DNA of 64,000 nt from Sphaerodactylus townsendi (lineage: Eukaryota), in NCBI RefSeq assembly GCF_021028975.2, contig NC_059426.1:51646001-51710000 (forward strand), read 5' to 3'. Both the position numbers and the translations under genes were made by a program. Below are positions 25,131 to 38,451 of this stretch, piece after piece. Position 1 is the first letter of the stretch; each line of letters opens with the position of its first letter. The notes under the pieces were generated by a model that made no database searches, had not been told where the DNA came from, and was given only the letters and a program-made list of their open reading frames with translations.

Positions 25131-28099
25131 ATCACTTTGGCTAGATAGATTACCTCTTGTTCTTAGATAGCATGTCTTTTCTTAGCACTTCCTCTGGCAG
25201 CCAGATGTAAACTCTGAACCCTTAATCTCTAGAGCCAAGTTTAGGCATTCTTAAATTCCTGGTTGTGTATTTGGGGATTTGAGTATTGTCGCAGGGACAG
25301 AGCAAGGGGGAAAAGCGCCCCGGAATACCCGTGTCCCACCCTGGAACACCCTCGCCACACCCCTGCAGTGACACACCCAGTGTGTCGTGCACTCCCCGTC
25401 CCCTTGGAGCTACGCCTCTGCGCACAAACATATACAAGTTAGGAACTAGTAGAACTTTCAAGGAGTCAGGTTTGTGAAGGTTGTTGATACGGATACATGC
25501 TAATGACGAGAAAGGTTCTGTTCTCATTGGTATAATATGATCTAAATTTTCCACCATAGCACTAGCCTTGGTTTCAAGTGGTGCTTAACTGAAAGTGTTA
25601 AGATTCTGACTTGGGAAGCAATTGGGTAAAAAAAACTGCTTGCACGTTTTCATTTATATCTCCCTTGAGAGTTGTTTCTTTTTAAACAAAAGCTGTACAT
25701 AAACCCCATCCCCTAAAGCTGTATGTCTAAGGGCCATACAAAACTGAGACACTTTCTGAACCCACACAATTAGCTTTTCACAGAGCATGGGGTAGTGGTT
25801 AAAAGCAGTCTACTCAAATCTGGAGGACTGAGTTGGCTTTCCCACTCCTCCACATCAGTGGTAGTCTTTAATCTTGTGAACAGATTTGTTCAGACATATA
25901 ACTTACGACGGCAGAGGGGGCTCAAGCCCCAGGCACTCCTTGAGGGGCATAGGCAGAGCCCCACCCCCACCCACCCCGGTTGATTGTCACTGGCAGCAAT
26001 ACTCACACTAGTTGCTGCCTGCCTCTTCTCTCACTATACTGCCCATTGAGAGAGGCAGGGAGGGAAGAGAATCATAGGGGTGGGGACAAGACCCATGTCT
26101 GGGCTGGTGGAGGGGGGTGCTGTCTCAATGGCTCTCTAGGGGCCCTAGATTGTGGCCTACACTGGGTGACAGGAAAGCCAGGGGAACCTTTTGTCTCAGT
26201 TAAGGTCAGATTGCTAGGCTGACTTTAAGAGGCAGACTTTCAACACCTCACCTCTTCTCCCTAGTCCCCAGGAGTGCACCAAAGGTCTGCAGCAGCCTGA
26301 GTGTGCAGCAGACAGGGGGAGCATCAGAAAAGAAGAGGAGGTAGAACTGGGCCCCAGGGCTTAGAGCACCAGGAGGTGGACCTTCACAAGCCACACTCCT
26401 ACAAAAGTTGATGCCAGAGGAAGAGGGTAGGTGCACAGTCATGGAAAGCCATGCACCATCTCAAGCATCTGGTGCACTACTTGCCACATGCGGTGGGTGG
26501 GGGCCCAGTGCAAAGCCACCTCTGGGCTGACAGCTTAGTGCCCCATGGAGCCATCCAGGACTGGGGTGCTGCAATCCAGCCCAGGCAATGGCACAGCCAG
26601 CTGGTTCCTGCCAAAAGTTAGACACAGCCAGGGCTCCTCTGGATGACGAGGCTGGGGCTGGCCGCACAAGTGCCCCTGGCTGCTGTTTCAGGAACAGCCC
26701 AGATGGATAGAGGCTGCTAGGCACAGAGTGGAGCCATGCCACCAGCTGCCTGCCTGGTAAGGAGCACCCTTTGGTCAGCCTCTGCCGCTGGGGATGTGGA
26801 TGCAGGAGGGCTGGGGCTGGGACGGGCTGAGCGGAGCAAGCCCTGGAATGCTAAAGCGGGCAGGCAGGAGAGGAGGTGCCAGCCTCTTTTGTTGTTCCCA
26901 CCTGGGAAGTGGAGAGCCACCAGCACCATGCTTCCTGGTAGACTACAGCAGCCAGGGAGGCCTACCCCAGTGGCTTCCAAAAGAGTGAGTACCCAAAGAT
27001 AAGTCCAAAAGATAAGACACCTTCAAGCATTTCTTGTTCTTACAGGATCATGGCCTATAGATAATAGAATTATGTTTGCAGAAGTGACCCATCTAAAGAT
27101 ATTTTTAAACTCATTAATTACAAATGTTCATGCTACAATCATTGTGTGCAAGTTCTATTCTAATTTTATTTGCTTAAAAATTCTTAGTTTGCAAAAGCAT
27201 AAGTTGTTCTGAAAGGAACTTTTTCAGTCCTTCACCGTGGGTTTGCAGTCGTGAACTCTCCACCTGTTTCCTTGACTGATGCCTCTCCAAATATCCGTAT
27301 TGCCAAGTATTGCATTATGATTTGTCCACAGGAAGTGAAAGTGGATAGTGTTAGCTGATTTAATTATCTGTGGATAATTGTAGATATTTTAGTTGACATA
27401 GATGTTTTGAAAATACAACAGTGTACATATTTAAATTTAAAATATTGTATTTTATAGCTATTTTTAAAAAAATGTTATTGTGACTACCTGCTTTTAATGT
27501 TAGCACTTTTCAATGGACATGACAGTAATAATATTTTTCCTCCCACAATATGAACATGTTAATTTTGAGGAGTTCTGTTTTGACTTCAGTATTTTTCTTG
27601 CAGTATTTCACCAATTGGAGATTTCAGTGTAATATGTGGCATTTAGAAGGAGCTGAAACTTGCCAAAACCTGGGCACAGTTAGACACAGCTGGGGTTCCT
27701 CTGACTGATGAGGCTGGGGCTGGCTGCACAAGTGCATCTGGCTGCTGTTGTGGCGGGGGAGGGGGACAATTTCACTGTCTGCCCTTGGCACCATTTTCTG
27801 CAAATAGTGCCCAGTGACGTAGGTATAGATTTTTAATGGGGGGGATTTGGGGGGGCATGCCCCCACCCACCCCTGTGCTTATAAAAGCTGCCCTCCAAGG
27901 CCAGGGACGGCAGACTCTCCTGCCCCTCCCACCCCACCCCCATACCTTCACCATGCTGTCCCTGGCCGCCACGGTACTTCCCCCAATCTGGATTGGACCA
28001 TAAGAGTTGTGCTGCATATCTTCTTGTCCCCACTCTTACAGGACTGAACTAACAATAAAAGAAGTAATAGGAGGCAGCTGCCATGTCTTATAAACAGCA

Positions 28100-28340
28100 G
28101 CAGCTAAGAAATAAAGAGGAAACCCACTTCTTTCTCACTTCAGTCACTCATTTGTCAATCACCCAGCCTTATTTTTGAAAGTAGCTACTGAATATCTGAA
28201 TTTGTGCATCCTGTGAATAAATTTAATGGGGAGACCAGGCAACCATGAATGATGCCCAAAGTAATTCTTGTGACAGCACTGTGCCAAACTGCGACAGTAC
28301 GATTGCCTTGCTCATACGTGAATATGCAAATGTCTGTGTC
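28100..28340. promoter_or_regulatory. Candidate enhancer
   Basis: Unique DNA with a PBX-MEIS-like TGATTGACA (reverse complement at 28153-61), TGACAG, octamer ATGCAAAT (28324-31) and retained CpGs. Confidence 0.35.
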
Positions 28341-29778
28341 CCTGGGAATGTTGTTACAGAGAAAAGAGTATAGTTTGAGGTCATTACAGAAACCATAATG
28401 TTCTCTACTTTGTCAGAAGTAGAACAGGTAATAAAACAATATTAAGTCGAGATACCACAAGTTTAGTCCCAAAGTTGGAGAGCCATTTATGAGGCAAACA
28501 TTAACTTTCATATTCATTTTATCTTTCCTTTTGGGGATTTATAATCTCATTTCTCTTGGAAAATTTGACAAGTATTATAGTTACTGTAGGGAACAACACT
28601 ACTATCTCGTTGAGCTAAACAAGCAAAGCACGTTGAAGGACTCAAGCAAGATGTAGTTTATGATTGCTTTATTTATGCTGCATAAAATAATACCTCCTAA
28701 GCAAGAAAGTGCAGAAAATGTTTGGTATATAACAATTTCAGCATGCCAATTGTCAAAAGACAGCGCAACGATTCAGAGCATAAAGCTGTCGTGATGGTGC
28801 TCACAAAGGCTGAACAGCTTTACAGTGAAGACTGATCCATTTCAACCGATACCTTCCTTAAAGACAACTACAGTTATTGAAGCCCAATCTTATGCAAGGT
28901 TCCACATTCCTTAAATCAGTTTAATTCAGTAATCTCCAGTGTACTGAACCTGGACTGAGCAGAATTCGGCTTAACATAATCATTAAAGAAGTGGAAAGAG
29001 AGGCATAGGACACTAAAAACAACACTATATTTTGCAAACTGCAATCTCAAAATAATATCAACTTATTTCAGACTTATTGGAATGTAAGATCGCCATTTCA
29101 GCATATTCCTGTTGGAGATTTTTCTGGCTCTATGTAAAGAGCATGATGATACAGTAATACATTGGTTTAGTGTGCTTTGTAAAATTTTCAACATTAAAAA
29201 CATTACTTTTAAGAGCCCTTTCCTTAGATTGTGTTGCTGTAAGAGGGCTTGTTCAGTGTGTGCAAGTCCTGTGGGTTGCTACTTTTAAGGTGTCTCCTAA
29301 GAGCTCATTATACTGTGGTAGCATGGATAAAAGTAAAAAACAGTCTGCCTGAGCGAAAGCAGAGATGCCCTGCGGCTGTATTTATTGGCAGCTACTGGAA
29401 TGAGATTGAGTTTCTAGCCGTTATTGAAGAAGAGAATGGAGACAATGGAATGTAATCTGCTCAAGTTTGCTAATTACGCATTTTCACATTGGATTTGGTT
29501 TCAAAGAAGAGGCCAGCCATGTGCACAGAAGCAACGTAAATCCATCCCCCTAAAGCGTGGACACAAATAAATCAAACAACTAGGAAAACCTAGCATATTG
29601 GTATAAGAGTTAAACGTCACGTGTAAGACAACATTTGCAACATGCATGCCTGAATATGATGGTCCCTAACATTGAAATTCTCAGATGTTGTTTTTTCATA
29701 TAAAACCAACCTGGAATTGTTCTGAAAAAACAAAAGCTCCCCCTCCCCTTCCCCCTCCCCCAATCAATGTCACCTAAC

Positions 29779-29958
29779 GTAAGAGTAGTTCAGCACTGGA
29801 ATCAGCTGCCTAGAGAGGTGATGAGTTCCCACTCTCTGGCAGTCTTCAAGCAGCAGCTGGACAAACACTTGTCAAGGGTGCTTTATGCTGAGCCTGCATT
29901 GAGCAGAGGGTTAGTTTAGATGGCCTGTAAGGCTGCTTCCTGCTCTATGATTCTATGA
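29779..29958 (+). mobile_element. CR1 LINE 3' end
   Basis: Typical CR1 3' end (tggaatcagctgcctagagaggtg...ttcaagcagcagctggacaaacac...) and an (ATTCTATG)n-like tail. Confidence 0.85.
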
Positions 29959-30469
29959 GTCTCTAACCCAACACTTGTTTTTGAAAACCATAACCCTTGC
30001 AACAGCCAACCTAACTATGAACTCAGATTGCAAAATAACAGCTAGAATAGACATCTAAAACAATAATCCTAAGCAGGTCTACTCAGAATCCTTCTCAGAT
30101 CTGTTCAATGGAACTTACTCCCAGGGAAGTATTCTTAGGCTTGCATTGCACTTGAAATCCACCTTTAATTACTCAAGATGTCATAACATCATTAATAAAA
30201 TCAAATGTTCCCAAGGAATAGATTCAATTGATATAGCTGCAAAATTGTTTAAAAATGCTGGAACTGTTTCAGTATGAATTTTCTTCTGCAGCAATCTTTT
30301 TCAGCGCCTAATATACGGTTTGTTGCACTGTACATGTGTGCCTTCCCTGACCTCAGTATGTGACTGTCTGAAAACATAAAACAGTTTGCCAAACCAGAAG
30401 GAAGATCTATCTCTGCATATGAATCTATACTTTTATTATCTAGGAAAGGAACTGAAGTCTGTAGCTTAC

Positions 30470-30672
30470 CCTTTTGGAGACGATATATATATACAACATG
30501 TTAAGCTAAACTCAAAGTTTTCTATGATCAGACTTGAACGTTATGCAAACCATCTCACTCAATTTGAAAAAAGCATCACACGGGTTTTCTCTCCTCAGTA
30601 TGCGATCAGAACCGGAACCAATGCCATGGAAGCTAAATTACTCTGCTACTTTGGCCAGGAAGTTTCAGTTAG
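30470..30672 (-). other. Candidate upstream non-coding exon or alternative promoter exon
   Basis: Long polypyrimidine acceptor ccttcctctttcttccactctccctcatAG and strong donor AAAAGG|GTAAGC; unique sequence with ETS-like motifs. Confidence 0.35.
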
Positions 30673-32747
30673 CTATGAGGGAGAGTGGAAGAAAGAGGAA
30701 GGCACGCGGTGGAATGGAAATGAATAGCCCTTTATTGCAACCCAATTTTCCTGGACTTTTCAAGGGAAGGAGAAAACTTCTTACTTATTCATTTTCATAA
30801 TCTGGAAGCTTTAAAAGAAATTTACTCCCCTCCCCTCCCTTGCATGCCACCCCTCCCTCCCCTCTCCCTCCCTCCGCTAGGGTGAGTGGGCCAGGTCCAG
30901 ATGCCGGGCTCCCTCCCCTTTCCTCCCCTCCCCTTTCCTCCCCTCCCTTGCATGCCACCCCTCCTTTGGTCCCTATGCATCCTGCACAGTAATTGGCTAA
31001 GGGTTCGTCATTGGACATTTGAACCTTTAGCCAATTATTTATAAAGATTATTACATTTAATAAATTAGTACATTATTTACTGTGAAGGAGTTTCATTCAG
31101 ATCAACAGAAGTTGCATCCTGTACCTAATATGAGGTTTGCAAAAATTTTTACTTTGGAGCTAAAACAGAACCTCCTCAGACCTCTGATTGAGTTTGAAAT
31201 TGTGTATCTTATATTATTTGAAGGACTTCTCATGTGCAATGTTAACATACTTGGCAATTATCCAAAGAAATGTAAGAAAATCAAATGGAAAGGAGATATA
31301 TTCACCTTGATTGCAAGGCATAAAAGCACAGTTACATCTTTACTTGTTTTTTTAGAGTAGATGCACATTAGCTAGATGGAATAGATGTTGCTACAGAACA
31401 TTTGGTGAAATGCATGAATTTCCAATAATGCTGGATGTAATCTGCCATTGTAAATCTCAGAGTACTTTATTATTATATGAACATGTCATTGTAATTTAGA
31501 AAATCTCATCACTTGATGAACAGTTTGGGATTTTTACTGTTCCAAAGCCTCAGGTCTCTTTCTCCGAAAAGTATATGTAACTTCCGAAGTACTCCTCTGT
31601 GATTCATGTGCTTCAGACAACTGAAACATAATGATGTTTGGGGGGAAACTGAAAAGTGTCCTTCTCAGACTTTAGGTCTGCCAAAGTTCACAGACATGTG
31701 AAGTAATAACCAATATCTCAGCATCTGAAGAATACTCACTCAAAACTGAAGATGGAATAAACAATCGCATTTCCACATGTCAAAGTGTTCATCTGAGCTA
31801 CATTTCTGATGTACATTCCATTTTTGGAAACATATAATAGCAATCCTAAGATATTACATCTTTCTAAACCCATTGATGGAAAGGTATAGTTCTTTTTTGG
31901 ATTGCACTGTTGGACTGTCACTCTTATGCTCACAACTTGTAATTCTATACCCCTCACTGGTGATGTCTAATTGTATGTTAGTTAGGTATGGGGTAGGTTA
32001 TTTCCTGTAATCCTGTCACTCATTTATTTTTTACCTTCTGCTGTAATTACAAACCAACAGGAACATTTGAGAAACCTCAGTATAGTATGTAATATAGTGG
32101 TAATTACAATGGGATTTATCTGTACTGTGTCTTTGTTAACTACTACTCATCTACATAAGATCTGACGTGCAAAGTACCACAACATTCTTCTTTCATCAGC
32201 TCTGTTCAATATTTTAAATTAAACCACTAGGAGTATTTTTACAGAATAGCAGTGTCAGTAATATGTATCCATTATGAGGAGAGTGCCTGTGTTCAGGTCC
32301 ATCAATGGTAATGATTTATTAGTTCATGTTATAGCATATGATATGTTCATGCAGTAAAACTGATGTGTACTGTGTACTGTTGTGATGTATGTAGGATTCC
32401 CTTCTGTACCTGGTTTTCACCATTTTTCCTCACACAAACTTTATTACTTTTAAGGTAGCTATGGCATAAGGGATTCTTTAACATGTTTTACTGTTGAAGT
32501 ATTACTCATTTGATATTTAAGAGCTAAACTGCTTTTCTTTTTATTTGGTAAACAAAATAAACACTGAAGAAAAAAATATTCAAACTTTTTTTAATTTAAT
32601 CACAATAACTATACCTGAACAAGTTTCAAACACTATCATTTCAAAAGTACAATGAATAAGTTTATACTTACTATAGATTAAGCTCCTGAAATAAAATATT
32701 CCATGACAATTATGAACTACACCAACCTTGTCTTTTTAAGAAAAATG

Positions 32748-33325
32748 GCCGAATCATCTTCAAGGTGTTGGTGCTGACCTTTAAGGCCTTACGCGGCCTG
32801 GGACCCTCATACCTTCAGGACCGCATTACCCCATATGTCGCTACTCAGCCTCTGAGCTCAGCAGAGGCCAATTTGTTGGTGGTTCCTGGCCCCCCAATGA
32901 TGCGACTGGCCTCCACTCGGGCCAGGACCTTCTCAGCCCTGGCCCCTGCCTGGTGGAACACTCTCCCTCCAGCTGTCCGGGCCCTGCGGGACCTTGGTGA
33001 ATTCCGCAGGGCCTGTAAGACGGCGTTGTTCCGCCGGGCTTTTGGAGTGTCCAGTCGCTGAGAGTGCCCCTTTTTATTCCTCCGGTTCGGAGTTCCCATG
33101 ATCATCTATGGGACCCACTTTTTGTTTTGCTTCCCCCCTCTGAAAAGGTTTTAATTGGGGTATTGCGGGACATCATCTTTGTTAATTTTATCGCTGTGTT
33201 TTAATCTAATTTTAATGGGGTTGTTTATATGGGTTATTGTACACTGTGTAGACGAAATTATGTTGTACACTGCTCAGAGTCCTTCGGGGTAGAGCGGTAT
33301 AAAAAACCCATAAATAAATAAATAA
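32748..33325 (+). mobile_element. L2 LINE 3' end (5'-truncated, relatively young)
   Basis: ORF 32765-33061 (LTFKALRGLGPSYLQDR...APAWWNTLP...FRRACKTALFRRAF) matches the L2 ORF2 C-terminus; 3'UTR and (TAAA)n tail follow. Confidence 0.9.
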
Positions 33326-34992
33326 GTTGATAACGCTACACATTTTTGCTCTCCCAAATCAAGTTATATTCTCAATTTTTAAAAAAGTACCACCATCTCT
33401 GATAAAAGTGCATCCATTAACATTAAAAATTCTTCAAACAACAATATTTGAGAACATTCTGGCTTCTAATACTGTAGGGCTTTTATGTTGACTCTTTGAT
33501 CTTTGTCTTTCCATATTTTCCTTGATCTGACCTTAGGACATTGAACTCCTAGGTAATGATTAATCTTTATATGTGGCTGTAAAATATTTATGGGCTATGA
33601 GTAAGAAATTATATTCTGACTGTACACTTCATATTGTAATTGTTAACTCTTTGGAGTGTTTTGGTTAAGTTGAACAACATTCAGAAGTGCTGTTGTTTCT
33701 AGAGGAAAAATGCAGTCCATTTTGTAAGCTATTGTGGAAAACTTTATACTAACAGCATGGTTAAAAATTGTGAACTCTAATCTAGAGAACCAGGTTTGAT
33801 TTCCTCTCCTCCAAATTAGAGTCCACAACTCTTAACAACTATACCATGCTGGCAATTGGGTGCAAGATTTACATAGAGACAAGGATCAGACTGAGAAAGA
33901 CTAAATGCTTTCCTTTCACACCACCACAGGTCCAGTCCACTGTAGGCCTTTCCAGGTGCTACTACTACAGAAATCTAAACAGATGGGAAATCCAGTCTGG
34001 CATCTCCAGCATCAAGTTGTAGCTTATAACTCATGAAAGGAAAGCAAAAATGCCAGCAGCCCAGTGGTATGCATATTGACTTCCTAGTCCTGCTGAGTTA
34101 ATGGGGTTTATTCCCATGTAAGCATGCCTAGGTTTATAGCTTCAGTCTTAAAAAAATTGCTTTAGGAAACATTTTAGAAAATATCCAAAGTATTTGTTAG
34201 GAATCCAATCAGGCACAGCAGCCCTAATTGATAATCAATTATCAGATCAGATATGGCACTTTGATACCAATGAAATTTGTCAAAGGCTCTATATCAAACC
34301 TAAGTAGTAGAAACACTGTTGAGTGTTTCGAAAGCACTACCAGATGGAAAGTGAATCTCAGGAGCAAGGCTGAAAGCTGTAAATTGGCAACATCGTTAAG
34401 GAAACCTGGAGAATTGGGGATTACCCACCAGTGTTTCTGATGAAACTAGCTCTTTCTATCATTATGACAGTATTACGAGCCCAATATGACTGAGTTCATC
34501 CCAGGGTTGTAAGAAACGTGGACTGGTTTGACAATGAGTTTGATAAAGTAAGTGAAGTGTTGGTTTGAAAATCGAGTAATTGCAGTTAAAGACACAAATT
34601 GTACACTGTTGATAGCTTTGGTTTCACAGAGGCATAATTTATTTATTTCTTGAACAAAAAAGCTTCATTATGATTCAGCTGAGGACAATTCTGTGTTAGC
34701 GGTGCAAAGCTCTACCCAGAGAGTTTATTTACTAGGAGTTCACAATCAAATAGTGTCAGTTCAAAAAAAATTTGCCTGACTTTCATGGCCTGGTTTGTGT
34801 AGGCTATATCAGAGGAAGTCAAAGCCTTCCTGGAATAATTATTGCATCTGATAACATTATAAATTAATTGTTGGAAATTTAACTGAGTCTACCTGCCCCT
34901 TTTTTTAAAAAAAAGTTTCTCCCCGTTCCTTAGGGAACAGCATTTATTCCGGTCAATCTTAGCCCTTAGACCATTCAGGGTAGTTGCTTAGT

Positions 34993-35128
34993 CAGGGGTG
35001 GGATTAAAATAATTTAACAGCCGGTTCTGGTGGTGGGATTTAAGTAATTTAACAACTGTTTGTTTACAAGGACCATTTTAACAACTGGTTCGGCCGAAGT
35101 GTTGCGAACCTGCTGAATCCCACCACTG
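34993..35128. mobile_element. hAT MITE (CAGTGGTGGGATTC family), short form
   Basis: TIRs caggggtgggatt/aatcccaccactg; perfect 8-bp TSD tgcttagt. Confidence 0.9.
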
Positions 35129-35147
35129 TGCTTAGTCCAATCCCATA

Positions 35148-35288
35148 GGCTCATTCGGCACATGCAGAATAATGCACTTTCAAACTGCTTTCAGTGCTCT
35201 TTGAAGCTGTGCGGAAAAGCAAAATCCACTTGCAAACAGTTGTGGAAATGGTTTGAAAACGCATTATTTTGCGTGTGTGGAAGGGGCC
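35148..35288. mobile_element. 141-bp PIF/Harbinger-like MITE, copy 3
   Basis: Homologous to 12092-12232; flanks ata/att. Confidence 0.85.
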
Positions 35289-37608
35289 ATTATCTTTCTT
35301 GGAAGAAAGGAAAATTTTAAACAGAATCTGTGTTAGATCATCCATTTTGCAGCACTTGGATGCTGTGTATGTGCTGTACTTGTTGCTCCTTGCATCTTGA
35401 AAGAGACATCTTGCTTGGACGACACTAGACCCTGGTCAGCTTGATCCTGCCTGGACAGAGGTGCTTCTTGGCAGTCTGGTCTGATTAATGTATTTTTTCA
35501 ACTAGCTAGTCTTTTCTATATCCTCCTGCCCATGGGCAGGGCTACTAAGGAAGGACCAAGCTCAGTCACTGGATGAGGAGGTATTATTTTTGTTGTTGTG
35601 TTGATTTCTATGAGGTTTAATATTTGGTTTGGTTTGAGCTACAGCCCCTCCTTTTCTTTCTAAGTAGTCTGGTTCCTGTTGTTGTTTTTTAAAATATTTT
35701 TGCTTTACTGACTTCTTTGGTTGTTTCAGTTAGTGGGTTTCCTGTTTCTACCATTTTGCAGATTAATTAATGGTTTAGGGTAATGTTTCATTTGTCATTG
35801 CTTAGGTTTGGATAAGTAGGCTTCTTCCCTCTGTAATGTGATCGGCAGGGCAAAAAAGCACCTCCCTTGACAGGCAGTCTGGAAAGACTGCTGTTAGTCA
35901 CAGCTACTAAGTTTGGTAAACAAATGAACAGAAAATTGTTGGCTATTTTCATTACCTTTTCATACAAAGAAGATGGGTTGGGTACCTTATTCAAGGGACT
36001 ATAAAATTGGACCCCTACATCTGATTCACCTGAATCCTAGCGATTCTTTAAAAGAGAGTGTGAACTAGGTTAGCTGAAATTTTGACAGCATTTGGTAAAA
36101 ATATATCTGCTCGGGGACTTCTACTACAGAAAACAATGGGCAGACAACCAATTTGATCTCAATGAAAATAGAACCTAATGAGACTTCAAGATATGAAAAC
36201 AGCATTTCTAAGCATTTTTAAAATTGATGCACCTTCTCTTTCTTAAATTACAAAAGAGAACTGAAACAATAATTTTCCCATGTTCACCCCTATTATTTAT
36301 GTTGCATACAAGAGAGATCGGTAGTTGTGAGACCAGTTAAAAGTTGCATCCCATAATCCTTCAGAGATCAAACATCAGCTTGTAAAATTAAGAAAACAGG
36401 AATGCAGAGAAAGTTGATTTAAAATTGTTTGCAGTTGAAAACTATTTTCTTTCTGAGCTAGTTGTGTTGATTTCAGACTTTCCTTTGTGTGTGACAGCTG
36501 AGTAAGAAAGGGCTGCCAGTTTCATCTGCAGATATTAGCTCATGATAGTACTTATCTCCACCCTGTATAAACTTTTATCTATTGATTTCTGCAATTCAAG
36601 CTGCTGCTGAAGGCTGCCCCACCCCTAGCAAATCTAAGGACGAATGGCCAAAACTGGCTATATAATGTGCTTGAACAGGAAATAGTTTCACAGTTACACA
36701 TACAATAATGGATCATACTCAATACACTGAAGTATTAACTCCTTTCTGAACTTATGTTTATCAAAGTGGGATGCTCCACACATTGCATCATAACTGGAAC
36801 ATATTTTACAATAGAGATGCCCTAGTTCAGGGAACATTATTATATTTGGCCTTGTGTGGCTTGAGCTGTAATCCCTGCTCAGCTTGAGGCAAAAGAGACT
36901 GTAATAAAGGCAAAATTTAGACTAAGTAAATTGTTGATATCGATTGGATAGATGTATTTGACTCTTTCATTTAAACCAGTTAACCTTGTATTTATCAAAA
37001 CTAGGGGCAAGCAACCCCCGGCATGGATGCCAGGAGTGCACACCAGTCCATTTTCCTTGGTATACAGATCCAGATCTCTGCCCAAGCAGCCAAAGTAGTT
37101 ATAGGCTTGCAGCTAGGACTGTCAACAGGCCTAGAGAAAATGTCCTACCCCTTTAATAGAGGTTTCGGTCAAGCTTTTCATTACATGGAAGTTAATAACT
37201 ACCATTCAGTTTTTATTAAGGAGACAGGACATTTCCCCCTCATGTTGCTGGTAACACTACCTGCAGCACAGGAGAAGGCAACTCATGCCCATTAACACTT
37301 TCCAGACCAGCACAGTCACAGCTAAATCCATGCTGAATCCCTGAGACTCTGGTAGGGCCATGGGGGCTTGGCTTGCTCCAAGCATAACTAGTCGAGTACA
37401 ACGCTGATCTCTTAGCTTCTGCTTGCAGACCAACATCTTTACAGGTAGACATTGCTATGTTTTCAGCACTGGGGCCAAAATACTGGCCCAAACAGAGTCC
37501 TGTGACTTCAGTCCACAAGCACCTCTTTTGGAATATTCTTACAAATATCACTGAGATGTCCAAGTGTATTTGATCTCTGTATTTCTGTCGTAAGAGCCCT
37601 GTGGCAGG

Positions 37609-38131
37609 GGCCCTTTCCGCACGGGCCAAAAGTGGCGGCGTCGGGCCAATAAAACACCATTTTGGGGGGACCGTTCGCACAGCCGCTGCCGCCAAATCGC
37701 TGCAGCGGTGCTCAGTTCCCGCCAAAATGGTGTTTTTGAACCTCACTCGGGGAGCAAGGTTTTTTGCAAACGCCGGTTTCCATTCGGTGCCATGCGAACG
37801 GCACCGGGTGGAAGCCGGAGTTTCTCCCCCGGCCCTCCCAAACGGTGCTTACCTCCAGTCACCTTCTGTCACGTTGTGCAGGCCAGGAGACATGCCCCCC
37901 TGGCCTCATTCTCCAGGGTCGTCGCTCTGACCAGGGGGGCGTGTCTCCTGCCTCCACAACGTGACAGAAGGCGACAGGAAGTAAGCAGCATTTGGGAGCG
38001 GCGCAGCCTGTGTGAAGGCTGCACCGCCGGCGCCGCTTCCAGCAGGAGCGTTCATGCGAACGGTCCTGCAGGAGTGCACCAGTATAAACTATGCCGATGC
38101 ACTCCCCCTCAACGCCCTTGCGGAAAGGGCC
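37609..38131. mobile_element. ~520-bp PIF/Harbinger-like MITE with central palindrome
   Basis: TIRs ggccctttccgca/tgcggaaagggcc; internal inverted repeat ~37840-37995; CpG-rich; related to 60097-61063. Confidence 0.8.
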
Positions 38132-38265
38132 ATAGAGTGATAAACTGCAGTATTGCAAGCAAAGCTCTGCTTATTACCTGAGTTTGATCCCGATGGATTT
38201 CAGTTTCTGATAGCCAGATCAAATTTGACTAGTGTAATCCTATGCAGAGTTACTTCAGTCTAAGC

Positions 38266-38451
38266 CAGCGGTTCTCATCCTGTGGATTGTGACCCCTTTG
38301 TGGGTCGAACGACCCTTTCACAGGGGTCGCCAAAGACTCTCTGCATCAGTGTTCTCCATCTGTAAAATGGATAAATGTTAAGGTTGGGGGTCACCACAAC
38401 ATGAGGAACTGTATTAAAGGGTCGCGGCATGAGGAAGGTTGAGAACCACTG
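38266..38451 (+). mobile_element. SPIN (Space Invader, hAT) non-autonomous MITE
   Basis: CAGCGGTTCTCA...GACCCTTTCACAGGGGTCGCC...GGTTGGGGGTCACCACAACATGAGGAACTGTATTAAAGGGTCGCGGCA...GGTTGAGAACCACTG matches SPIN/URR1 termini as recalled; perfect 8-bp TSD gtctaagc. Confidence 0.9.

Noticed and set aside
32765-33061. Host protein-coding exon
   Set aside because: It is the C-terminus of L2 ORF2 in a 5'-truncated copy.
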